64,000 nt of DNA from an uncultured Alphaproteobacteria bacterium (GTDB lineage: Bacteria; Pseudomonadota; Alphaproteobacteria; Bin95). This document shows, piece by piece, positions 35,801-45,206 of the stretch (its first letter is position 1; the number at the start of each line of letters is the position of its first letter). Below the pieces are notes generated by a model that was not told where the DNA came from, made no database searches, and saw only the letters and a list, made by a program, of their open reading frames with translations. The position numbers were made by a program, and so were the translations under genes. The DNA lies in the NCBI GenBank assembly GCA_937891825.1, contig CALAHN010000067.1, positions 1,149 through 65,148 of the forward strand, read 5' to 3'.

Positions 35801-37043
35801 TCGCGGTAGCTACTCCAGAACTCTGCTGACGCAAGCGCTTCGCCCCAACGGGACCGCGCGCTCCGCGATGCGCCGGCCGCACGGCGAAGATTGTCGCGCG
35901 CTTCTTCGAAGCGGCCTTCCCGCATCAGGATCACGCCAAGTCCGCCGAGGGCGTCCGGATCGCGCCGTTTGCCCTTCAAGGCAAACTCAAAGCGTTCGCG
36001 GGCGCTGGCGTTATCGTTGGCTTCCAGGAATTTGAAGCCTTCGGCGCGCGCTTCGCCGTAGCGATCGCGGAATGCGGCCGCAGGCGCGCCAGCCGTGCCG
36101 CGTCCCTGTCCGGCGCGAGCGATATCGGTCCGCGCCTTTTCGCGGGCGCGGACGACAGCGGCGTCATCCGGATACCGGGCGATATATCGATCGAAGCGCG
36201 CCAGGTCGGCGCGGTTGGCGCCGAGCCAGGTCAAGGCCTTGCCCCAGGAGTCGGTCGCCTCGGCCGCGACGCGCGGGTCGGGATCGTTCGCCAAGTCCTC
36301 GAGCAGGTCCAGCCCCTGCCGGCGCGTCGCCTGACGATAGGTCAGGACGCGGGCATAGGGGCCAATCCGGTGCGCGGGTCGCGCCGCGACTCGTAGAGCG
36401 CCCCGAGCCCTTCACGGGCCTCGCGGATGCCCTTATTGGAGCCTGCGAGCGTCTCGTAATATTCCTGCGCCAATTCCGGCGGCGGCTCCTTGCCGGCGCC
36501 GCCGATCGCCTTCCGGTAAAGGTCGGTCGCTTCGTCGTAACGCCCGGCCGCCGCCGCGGCGCGCGCTGCGTCGAGCGTTTGCCCAGCCCCGCCGCCGAGG
36601 GTCGAAACCACGGCCGCCGCCCCGACGCCCGATTGCCCGCCGGTTTCGATGGCGCGCTGTGCAATTGCGATCCGGTCCGTATCCCCGGGGTGCGCGTTCC
36701 GAAGCGCATCGAGCGCGCCCTGCGCCCTGCCGGTCTGATCGGCGGCGGCGTATGCCACGACATAGAGCATCATGGCCTCGGCATTGCCAGGCGAGCTTGA
36801 AAGCACACGGTCGAGTTGCTCATAGGCGAGATCGGAGCGGCCGTTCCGGATGTTGTATCGGGCGTTCTGAAGCAAACTGTCGATGACGCCGCCCGACGAT
36901 GCCGCGGGGGCGCTGACAGGGATGATCTTCGTCTGTGCGAACGCCGGCGTAGCCGCCGAGAGCGCGATAACCGCCGTCCCTGCCGCGAGCGCCCGTGCAT
37001 AGTGCCGCATTCTAGCCTCCGATTCCCAGTGGGAATGTCCCAA
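32815..37043 (-). pseudogene. bcsC: Cellulose synthase operon protein C (BcsC, TPR + outer-membrane beta-barrel), interrupted by a frameshift near 36354-36362
   Basis: ORF 36342..37043 encodes a signal peptide plus N-terminal TPR region ending …EYYETLAGSNKGIREAREGLGALYESRRDPRTGLAP*. ORF 32815..36294 is open upstream to 36411 in another frame: YARVLTYRQATRRQGLDLLEDLANDPDP…. Together they align as one contiguous BcsC segment (compare AcsC …EYYQTMAG…YRAQLAFAQALTYNTSTRMEGLTRLKDL). The frame change maps to a GGGG run at 36356-36359. Confidence 0.65.
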
Positions 37044-37051
37044 ACCCAGTT

Positions 37052-40000
37052 CTATTCCTGATGCGCATCGTTAGCTCTCGCCGCGGAAATCCGCTGCAGG
37101 AGCCAGATCAGGATCATCGACAGGAACGCCACGCCAATCACGAGGAGCGCGATGAGCAGCAGCGGGCGGTCCGCGAAGTACCAACGCAGACGTTGCCAGA
37201 AAGGGATTGAATAAACAGTGAATTGCGGACCGACGGCGAAGCTTGTCACGCCAGCGACATCCATTCGGACAAGGTCGCCCTTGAAGCTGTCCCGCAATTC
37301 AGGGTCCCGCATCCGCTCGACCAGTTCCAGGGTCGCGGCCGGGCTGCCGCCTGCGACCATGACCACCGTCCGGCCCGAAGCGTCCGGGCGCTCGAAGCTG
37401 ACGAGGCCGGAGAAATTCTGGCCCTGGGAGGCCAGGATCGCGTCCGCACGTTCCCGCTCAGCCGACTGGTCTGCCCCGCCTGAGAAGAAGTAGCGCATCG
37501 ATTCGATCGGGCTCACCGACGAAATCCGGAGGCTGCCGTCCTTGAACTGGAACGCGCCGCCGCCCTGCCAGGTCTGCAGCGCGGCTTGCAGGTTCTGCCA
37601 GGCGCCGATCGCCAGAACATCCTTGTCCGGATGCGCGCCAAGGCCGCCCGGGCGCGCCACCACAACCCGCGTCGCGGGATCGCCCGTCGCCTCGCCGGCC
37701 AGCGCCATGATGTTCAGATAGGCCGAAACCTCATTCTGATCCGGGTTGGCGGGCAGCATGACCACTGTCTCGCTCAGATCCGCCATCCGGGTGAAGGGAT
37801 AGCCGACCGACGCGAAATAGGAGACGTCAGGCAAGGGCGTGTAGTGGATCGTATCGCTGAAATCCAGCGTCGATGACGGTTGGATCCGGAAGCGCATGTC
37901 GACGGGCAGCTTGCCTTTGCATTCTTCCTGCTTGATCGGCTTCATGTCGAAGAAGAACTGCAGCTCGTTGCGCGGCGTAACGATGACCGACGGATCGATC
38001 CGCACGACGGACCGCGCCTCTTCGTCCATCGGACCCTTGAAGATGCCCGCAAGCTTATCGATCGCTTCTGCGGGCTTCAGCGGCAAGCTCTTGATGAACT
38101 TGTCGCTCAACAGAACATCGAACCTGGACGTAGTCGTGTCGAGGAACTGCATATCCGGGTAATCGTATTCCAGACGCAGGCGCGGTCCGCCCTGCTCATC
38201 GGGAAGCTTCCGCGGCGGCATGACGAACGGCGCCGAAATGAACCCGGATGGGCCGACGCCCTGGAGGTTCTCCGCGCGCTTTACAAATTCGCCAAGGGTC
38301 ACCGGTCGATCCAGCGGAATCCAGCGGCTGGCGTCATCGGGCTGACGTTCCAGCATGGTCGGCGCGCCGCCCACCGTCACGGCGGGACCGGACAATGCAT
38401 GGCCACGGCCGCCCAATGCGAGATGCTGCGCTGCCTGAACCAGCCCGGCATCATCTGCGCCCGACACGATCAGCAGCTTTGACGCGCCAGCGTCGCGCGG
38501 GTTGCCCTGAATGGAGATAGCGTTCTGCGAAGCCGGGCCGTCGAAGTTCAGGCCTTGCGGACCCGCGCCGCCCGAACGGAAGACCACGACATTGCCAGCA
38601 TCCAGTCCGCCATAACGCGCTTCGATCTTGATCCCGTGCCGACGCCCGGCGTCGCCGAAATACGAGGCGACGATGCCCGCGGCCTGCAGCACCATATCCG
38701 AAGGATTCGGCGGCAGCAGGAACGTCAGGGGCTCGGACTTGTAGTCGTATTCATCGACGAAAGGACGTGGCAGCAACGCAAGATCGTCAACAAGCTGCAG
38801 CGGACGCACTGCCAGCTCCAGTTTCGACGCCTTAGCGTCAATTGTCAGATGCAGGGCTTCATAGAGCGGATCTTCGCAAGCCGTTGTGTAATGCTTGTCG
38901 GTTTCGATCAGGAAAGTGTTTTCCTGCTTGAATAGCGCGGCATTGATCGGCATTTCCGCCGTAATTCCGCCTGCATAAGAGCGCAGCAGCTTCAAGCGGC
39001 CGACCGGCGAGCCATTCAGATAGACCATCAAGCTGCTGGTTTCAGGCAAGAGCGCCTGGGAGTAGGAGAAGCTGAGGGACAGCCGCGCCTTGTCGACGAC
39101 CTGGTCCGAACGCAGCGTAAAGGGAATATACCGAACGCCTTTGACCGAACGCAGGACGATGCTTGGCTCAACGTTGAATTCCGTCAGCGTAGAGGTCGTA
39201 ACGCTGCCGCCGGGAACCGGGTCCAACGCGCCGCCGGGGTTAACCGGCGCGTCTTGCGGCAGCATGACGAAGGCCTCGCCTTCAAAGGACGTATTCGGGA
39301 CCACGGACATCAACGGCTCTGCCGGACGCGGCTGGCCAGGCACGCCTTCGCGTTGGCCATCCACGATCGTGCTGGAGGACGGCGTCCGGAACTGCTGGCC
39401 GAAGCCTGGCTGCGGTTGACCGAAACCGGGTTGCGGCTGTGCTTGCTGTACGGGAGCTGGCATGCCGGGCGGGGTCAAGGGCTGCTGCAGCACAGCCCTG
39501 CCGCTTGGCGGCGGAGGCGGCGCCGACAGCGTCGTGCCCTGGCCGACCTGGGCGGCGGCCGGATAGGGCGCGGTCAGGGCCAACAGGCCGATGCCTGCTG
39601 CAAGCGCCAGACCGACGGCTTGCGACGAACGCGGGCGCACACGCCCTTCCCTAGAACCAGAAATCATGCCGCCAATACCCCTGAAGATAGCTCCGAATGA
39701 ACGGAAGAGAGTGTCTGCCTTCTGGTCGTCGCAGCGCAGCCAGGCATCCGCACGGCCGAAGATAAGACGCACCAAATTTCGTTGCTGCGCAAGCGGGCCT
39801 TCGTCGTACCGAACCCGAATATGATCGCCGTCGAGGCCGACCACCTCGCCCGTAACGCGCAAGGTATCCGCGCCGGCCGTCACATCCGCCTGGACGCGCT
39901 GCCCGACGACGCTCCGCCCGGATGAGCCGAGATCATAAAGCCCCCCGCCCATGGACATGTCGATCGAATGCGTATCGATCGCGGCGCCGTCCGGGAAGGT

Positions 40001-41749
40001 CAGCCGGGTCGCCAGACGCACGGGAATCCGCACATGCTCGCGAACTTGCCGTCGTTCCCGCGCGACGGAAATCGCGGCGAGCACAAGCAGCAGGTTGAAA
40101 GCCGCCCACACCATGTTGAGGATGATGACGCCGACATCCACCTGATCGATGAAGGGCGCGTCGGTTTCGTTCAGCGCAATGCGGATCACGCCAAGGATCA
40201 GCCCCAGCATCAAGAAGCCTGCCAGAACGATATGCGGCACCACGCGGGAACTGTCGAAGAAGCTGTTCGGCAGCAAGCCGCCCTTCTCCGTCACGTTGAA
40301 CGAACCGCGCCGTGGGTTGATCAACGTCAGCAGCGTCGGCCGCATGATGTGGAACGACAGCACGCTTTCGTAGATTTCGCCCCAGAAAGTGTAGCGATGC
40401 CGGGATTGCAGCCGCGAGTTCGTGAAGATCGAATGCACGAGATGCGGGAACGCATAGAGGAAAATCATCTGCCAGCTTGAGGTGATGATGTTCTGCGCGA
40501 ACAGCAGATAGGCCAGCGGCGCGGTGAGGAACACGAACCGCGGCAGGGCGAAGAAAAAGTGCAGCATCGCATTCAGATAGCAAAGCCGCTGGGACAATGA
40601 CAAGCCGCGCCCGAAGAGCGGGTTGTCGAGCCGGAAGATCTGGGTCATGCCGCGCGCCCAACGCATGCGCTGGCCGATGTGCAGCGCCAGCCGCTCGGTC
40701 GCAAGGCCCGCCGCCATTGGCAGGCGCAGGTAGGCCGAGTCCCAACCATTGCGATGCAGCTTCAGCGCCGTATGGGCGTCTTCCGTGACTGTCTCGGTTG
40801 CAAATCCGTCGATATCGGCCAGCGCCGAACGGCGCAGCACCGCGCAGGAGCCGCAGAAAAACGCGGCGTTCCAGAAATCGTTGCCCTCTTGCACGAGGCC
40901 GTAGAACAACTGGCCTTCGTTCGGCACCGCGTCGCCGCCGGCCACATTGCGCTCGAACGGATCGGGCGAATAAAAATGATGCGGCGTTTGAACGAGCGAC
41001 AAATTATCGTTCGCCAGGAACGACCCGACCGTCATCTGCAGGAAAGCGCGGGTCGGCACATGGTCCGAATCGAAAATCGCGATCAGTTCGCCGTCGGTCC
41101 GCTTCAACGCATTGTTGAGATTGCCAGCTTTCGCGTGCCGGTTATCGCCGCGCGACAGATATCCGCAGCCGACTTCAGCGGCGAACGCTTCGAACTCCGG
41201 CCGGCGGCCGTCATCGAGCAGATAGACCCGGAAACGATCTGCCGGGTAGTCCATCGACATGGCCCCGAGGACCGTGTTGCTGACGACCTGCAGCGATTCG
41301 TTATACGTCGGGATATAGACGTCGACGATGGGCCATTCCTGCACATTGTCGGGCAGCGGGATCGGTTGGCGCCGGTAAGCCCAGACTGACTGGACGAACC
41401 CCAGCATCAGCACGATGAAGGCGTAAAGTTCGGCCAGGAACAAGCCGGAGCCCAGGAATATTTCCGCAAGCGTTTCAAACTGCAGCGTCTCGGTCAGGCG
41501 CCAATAGAGATATCGTGTCGACACGGTGGCCGAAAGCACGATCAGAAAAACTGTAACCGATCGGGATTTGAAGAAATTCAGAACGACAAAGCCAAGGATC
41601 GTAAAGATCATGAACAGAAGCTGCGAACGGGCATCCAGCTTCGCCGTCACGACCATTGCGAGCGGGATGAACGCGAGGAGGACGAGAATCCACACCCAGA
41701 ACGGCGTCGAAAAGCCTCCCCGTCGCGCCCGCCTCTCAACTGCGTTCAT
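37052..41749 (-). CDS. bcsAB: Fused cellulose synthase catalytic subunit A / c-di-GMP-binding subunit B (AcsAB-type)
   Basis: 1565 aa. N-terminal GT2 with D,D,D, QxxRW (QRMRWARG) and QTPH motifs. PilZ RxxxR/DxSxGG (RRQVR … DMSMGGG). Pro/Gln-rich linker, then the BcsB periplasmic domain and a C-terminal TM anchor. Confidence 0.9.
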   Translation of the reverse strand: MNAVERRARRGGFSTPFWVWILVLLAFIPLAMVVTAKLDARSQLLFMIFTILGFVVLNFFKSRSVTVFLIVLSATVSTRYLYWRLTETLQFETLAEIFLGSGLFLAELYAFIVLMLGFVQSVWAYRRQPIPLPDNVQEWPIVDVYIPTYNESLQVVSNTVLGAMSMDYPADRFRVYLLDDGRRPEFEAFAAEVGCGYLSRGDNRHAKAGNLNNALKRTDGELIAIFDSDHVPTRAFLQMTVGSFLANDNLSLVQTPHHFYSPDPFERNVAGGDAVPNEGQLFYGLVQEGNDFWNAAFFCGSCAVLRRSALADIDGFATETVTEDAHTALKLHRNGWDSAYLRLPMAAGLATERLALHIGQRMRWARGMTQIFRLDNPLFGRGLSLSQRLCYLNAMLHFFFALPRFVFLTAPLAYLLFAQNIITSSWQMIFLYAFPHLVHSIFTNSRLQSRHRYTFWGEIYESVLSFHIMRPTLLTLINPRRGSFNVTEKGGLLPNSFFDSSRVVPHIVLAGFLMLGLILGVIRIALNETDAPFIDQVDVGVIILNMVWAAFNLLLVLAAISVARERRQVREHVRIPVRLATRLTFPDGAAIDTHSIDMSMGGGLYDLGSSGRSVVGQRVQADVTAGADTLRVTGEVVGLDGDHIRVRYDEGPLAQQRNLVRLIFGRADAWLRCDDQKADTLFRSFGAIFRGIGGMISGSREGRVRPRSSQAVGLALAAGIGLLALTAPYPAAAQVGQGTTLSAPPPPPSGRAVLQQPLTPPGMPAPVQQAQPQPGFGQPQPGFGQQFRTPSSSTIVDGQREGVPGQPRPAEPLMSVVPNTSFEGEAFVMLPQDAPVNPGGALDPVPGGSVTTSTLTEFNVEPSIVLRSVKGVRYIPFTLRSDQVVDKARLSLSFSYSQALLPETSSLMVYLNGSPVGRLKLLRSYAGGITAEMPINAALFKQENTFLIETDKHYTTACEDPLYEALHLTIDAKASKLELAVRPLQLVDDLALLPRPFVDEYDYKSEPLTFLLPPNPSDMVLQAAGIVASYFGDAGRRHGIKIEARYGGLDAGNVVVFRSGGAGPQGLNFDGPASQNAISIQGNPRDAGASKLLIVSGADDAGLVQAAQHLALGGRGHALSGPAVTVGGAPTMLERQPDDASRWIPLDRPVTLGEFVKRAENLQGVGPSGFISAPFVMPPRKLPDEQGGPRLRLEYDYPDMQFLDTTTSRFDVLLSDKFIKSLPLKPAEAIDKLAGIFKGPMDEEARSVVRIDPSVIVTPRNELQFFFDMKPIKQEECKGKLPVDMRFRIQPSSTLDFSDTIHYTPLPDVSYFASVGYPFTRMADLSETVVMLPANPDQNEVSAYLNIMALAGEATGDPATRVVVARPGGLGAHPDKDVLAIGAWQNLQAALQTWQGGGAFQFKDGSLRISSVSPIESMRYFFSGGADQSAERERADAILASQGQNFSGLVSFERPDASGRTVVMVAGGSPAATLELVERMRDPELRDSFKGDLVRMDVAGVTSFAVGPQFTVYSIPFWQRLRWYFADRPLLLIALLVIGVAFLSMILIWLLQRISAARANDAHQE

Positions 41750-41901
41750 AGCTCAGCTTCCCCTCGACACAGCGATTCAGCGGACCGGAAAAGCCAGTCT
41801 GCCTGTATGAACCAGCCCACGAATCACACTCTTATACCCGAATCCGCACATCCTAGTACCCGACAAATGCAGGATCGGGCGGCTTAATCTTCCCTTCACG
41901 C

Positions 41902-42792
41902 TTAGAGTCTCTTGAACAGATCGGCAAGGCTGGAGTCGTCATTGGTTTCAGCCTTGGGCTGCGATTGCGGCGCAGGCGCGGCTTTCTGCGGCGATCGGTC
42001 TTGCAGTCGCGCCGCCGCGGCCGCGGCCAATTCGGCCTGCGCCTGCGCCCGAGCGTCCGCCGCCGCGCTATCGGGCGCTGGAATTGGCGGCCTTGCTGCG
42101 GGAGACACGGGCGCGGGCGGCGTCGTTGAGGGCGGCGTCAGATTGATTTCAGCCGGATCGACCTTCGCCGCGAGGCTTTCCGCGACCGCTGAAGCCTCAT
42201 TGTCGGCGCGTTCGGCGCTATCCGCTTGATCCGAGGAGCCAGCGCCCGCCTTCGCCTTGACTGCTTCGGCGGCGCGCGACGCCGCCTGGGCCGCGGCGCC
42301 AAGCGCGCCGCTGATTGCAGCGCCGGCCGAAACGGCGCCATAGCCGCGATTATCCATCGAACCATAGGCTGGCTTCGCGCCGAGCGCAGCCGCCCACGCG
42401 GGCGGCGCCGACGGAACCGGCGTCGGCGCAGACGCAGCCGGCGGCTGGTTTGGCGCAGGCGTCGCGGCCGCGGCAGGCGGCATTGTAGCAGTCTCGGTGA
42501 TCGTCGGCTTCTGAGCGGCGGGCATGGGCATGCGCTGCGGCGCATCGACGAGTTTCGGGGCGGATTGAGGCGGCGCTGGCTGCACGACGCGCTCTGTCAC
42601 GATGGTCTCTTCGGTGATCGTATGGGCGCTATGGCCCACGGGCGCTGCGGGCTGAGCGACTATCGGCCGATCGGGATCCGGCAAAAGCGGCGGCGGACGG
42701 CGAGCGCCATTCTGATTGTCGAATTCGTAATAGCCGAGACCATCCAGCCCGATAAAATCGAGCAGATTCTGAATATCCGACGTGTCAGCCAT
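41902..42792 (-). CDS. Pro/Ala-rich low-complexity protein, possible cellulose-complementing factor (CcpAx/BcsH-like)
   Basis: 296 aa, extremely Pro/Ala-rich, no enzymatic motifs. Sits immediately upstream of bcsAB on the same strand, as ccpAx does in Komagataeibacter. Assignment is by position and composition only. Confidence 0.4.
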   Translation of the reverse strand: MADTSDIQNLLDFIGLDGLGYYEFDNQNGARRPPPLLPDPDRPIVAQPAAPVGHSAHTITEETIVTERVVQPAPPQSAPKLVDAPQRMPMPAAQKPTITETATMPPAAAATPAPNQPPAASAPTPVPSAPPAWAAALGAKPAYGSMDNRGYGAVSAGAAISGALGAAAQAASRAAEAVKAKAGAGSSDQADSAERADNEASAVAESLAAKVDPAEINLTPPSTTPPAPVSPAARPPIPAPDSAAADARAQAQAELAAAAAARLQDRSPQKAAPAPQSQPKAETNDDSSLADLFKRL

Positions 42793-42944
42793 GAATGGCG
42801 CTCCTCAATGGCCCGATCGCACCCGAACCCAATTCACTGGCAGCTGCCATCCCCTTGCGAGCGCTGCGCCGCGAACCTATCAAAGCATCCCAGTTCCCGC
42901 AATCCAGCGCCGCTTCCGGCAGCCGGTCGAATCGATAGAGGCCC

Positions 42945-43820
42945 ATGACTGAAAACGAACTCCTGCCTTTGCTTACGCGTATTGCCGACGCCCTCGATCG
43001 AATTGCGCCGCCGCCGCCGCCAGCCCTCGCGCTCGACGTCGCCGACGCCTTTATCTGGAACGCCGAGGCTGTCCAATTGACGCCAGTCCACACCGTCGCT
43101 CGGGTCGATCTGAGCTTGCTGCGCGGCGTCGATCGGGTCCGGGACATCCTGCTTGATAACACCGAACGGTTCGCAAAAGGCTTACCTGCGAACAATGCCT
43201 TGCTCTGGGGCGCGCGCGGCATGGGCAAAAGCTCCCTGGTGAAAGCGGCGCACGCGGCGGTGAACGCAGATGTGGCCGATGCGGCGCGCCGGGTCGCGTT
43301 GATCGAAATTCACCGGGAGGATATCGAAAGCCTGCCCCAACTTCTGCGGCTGGTGCTGGCCGATGGCCGCAATTGCATCATTTTTTGCGACGATCTGTCC
43401 TTCGACGCTGGCGACGCCAGCTATAAATCCTTGAAGGCGGTTCTGGAAGGCGGGCTCGAAGGCCGACCGAAGAACGTGCTGTTCTATGCCACATCAAACC
43501 GTCGGCATCTCATGCCCCGCGACATGATCGAAAACGAGCGCTCAACTGCCATCAATCCAAGCGAGGCGGTTGAGGAGAAGGTGTCGTTGTCGGACCGGTT
43601 CGGCCTCTGGCTCGGGTTTCATTCCTGCGGTCAGGACGTCTACCTGGAAATGATCCGCGGGTACGTCGCGGCGCTGAAGCTCGATATCGACGCCGATACA
43701 GTGCAGCGCGAGGCGTTGGAATGGGCGACGACCCGCGGCGCGCGCTCAGGCCGCGTCGCATGGCAGTTCGTGCAGGATCTGGCCGGACGGTCGGGCGTCA
43801 TGCTCGACGCCGCGGAGTAG
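42945..43820 (+). CDS. DUF815-family P-loop ATPase (AAA-like)
   Basis: Walker A GARGMGKSSLVKA. Walker B …IIFCDDLSF. Length of about 290 aa is typical of the DUF815 family. Confidence 0.7.
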   Translation: MTENELLPLLTRIADALDRIAPPPPPALALDVADAFIWNAEAVQLTPVHTVARVDLSLLRGVDRVRDILLDNTERFAKGLPANNALLWGARGMGKSSLVKAAHAAVNADVADAARRVALIEIHREDIESLPQLLRLVLADGRNCIIFCDDLSFDAGDASYKSLKAVLEGGLEGRPKNVLFYATSNRRHLMPRDMIENERSTAINPSEAVEEKVSLSDRFGLWLGFHSCGQDVYLEMIRGYVAALKLDIDADTVQREALEWATTRGARSGRVAWQFVQDLAGRSGVMLDAAE

Positions 43821-43829
43821 CGCGCCGCT

Positions 43830-43845
43830 ATCCGGTTAACCGGAT
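43830..43845. repeat. Perfect 16-bp palindrome ATCCGGTTAACCGGAT immediately after the DUF815 stop
   Basis: Read directly from the sequence. Could form a 6-bp stem with a TTAA loop, or serve as a dimeric-regulator site upstream of the DUF2336 gene. Confidence 0.5.
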
Positions 43846-43944
43846 CGAAGGACGGCCTAGCTTAAGCCAAAAGGTAACGCCCATTCAAATGCCCTGCGTC
43901 AGGGCCGCCGAGGAGCGTTGTCGTGGTTTGCCAAGGGTTATCCG

Positions 43945-45087
43945 ATGTTCGAGCCGCCACACGTTGAAGACGCCTTTCCAGGCAAGCGACCAGGACTCCC
44001 AGGCAGGCAAACCATCGTTCGCCGGGAAGCCGAGCTCCTCGCGCTGGCGCGCGACCGGTCGATCGCAGGCCGGGAAGCGCTCGCCGCATCGGTCGCCGCC
44101 ATGTATGCCCGCCACGGCCTGACGTTTACCCCTGAAGAGGGCGAACTGGCGGCCGATATCCTTCGCACCTTGATCCGCGACGTGGAACGCTCGGTCCGTT
44201 CCGCGCTGGCGACCAATCTTGCCGCATCTTCGGTCGCGCCCAAGGATGTTATCATCGCGCTTGCAAATGACGATATCGAAGTCGCGTTCCCCGTGCTGAC
44301 CGAAAGCCCCGTCCTCCAGGAGGATGAACTGGCGGCCGTCGTGCTCAATCAGACCCGCGGCCACCGCCTGGCGATCGCCATGCGCCCCTCGATCACCGAG
44401 CCTGTGTCGGAAGCTTTGATCGCGACCGGGGATCAGGAAGTCATCATCTGCCTGCTGCATAACGCCGAGGCGCGGATTTCCGAACCCAGTCTGGCGCAAC
44501 TCGTCGAGCTTGCGCCGGGACACGAAGCGTTTCAGCCGCCTTTGACAAACCGGCCGGAACTCAGCCCGGATCTTGCGCTGAAACTCGCTGCGACCGTCAG
44601 CGTGATCCTGCAGAACACATTGATTAGCCGTTTCGGCCTTGATCCGGAGGCAGTGCGGCTCGCTTCGATGGAAGCGGCCAGGCATGCCGCAACATCGCTT
44701 CTGATCCCGCAAGCGCCCCCGCTCGATCTCAGCATTGCGCGCCGCGCCCAGGTCAAGCGGATGATTGAAACCCTGCGAGATGGCGACTGGCCGCAGTTCC
44801 TCGCGTTGATGGTGCGCTTCTCCGGCCTCTCGATCCGCCTGACCCATGCGATTTTGAACGAAGGCGACGGCCGGAGGCTCACGGTCGTGTGTCGGGCCTG
44901 TGGCATTTCCAAATCGGATTTTGCGTCACTTTACCTGCATAGTCGGCGCGCGGCGCCGGATGCAAAAGTCGTCGACGCCAAGGACGTGCAGGAATCGCTC
45001 GCACTCTTCGATCGCATCGAGGTGCGCGCGGCCCAAAGCGCGCTCAATCGTTGGCGCAAGTCACTAACCATCCAGAAAACGACCTGA
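43945..45087 (+). CDS. DUF2336-family hypothetical protein
   Basis: About 380 aa. The alpha-helical repeat-like sequence is typical of alphaproteobacterial DUF2336 proteins. Start set to ATG 43945; the ORF-track TTG at 43918 has an SD only 2 nt away. Confidence 0.55.
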   Translation: MFEPPHVEDAFPGKRPGLPGRQTIVRREAELLALARDRSIAGREALAASVAAMYARHGLTFTPEEGELAADILRTLIRDVERSVRSALATNLAASSVAPKDVIIALANDDIEVAFPVLTESPVLQEDELAAVVLNQTRGHRLAIAMRPSITEPVSEALIATGDQEVIICLLHNAEARISEPSLAQLVELAPGHEAFQPPLTNRPELSPDLALKLAATVSVILQNTLISRFGLDPEAVRLASMEAARHAATSLLIPQAPPLDLSIARRAQVKRMIETLRDGDWPQFLALMVRFSGLSIRLTHAILNEGDGRRLTVVCRACGISKSDFASLYLHSRRAAPDAKVVDAKDVQESLALFDRIEVRAAQSALNRWRKSLTIQKTT

Positions 45088-45206
45088 TCCGGCAATGTTA
45101 GCCCCAGCGCATTCGACAAACCGACAGGGCTTCCCTTGGATGCGCGTTGCGGCCGCATTAAGCTGCCTGGACTAGTGCGCAATGGGATTCGCGGGAGCGT
45201 CTGACG

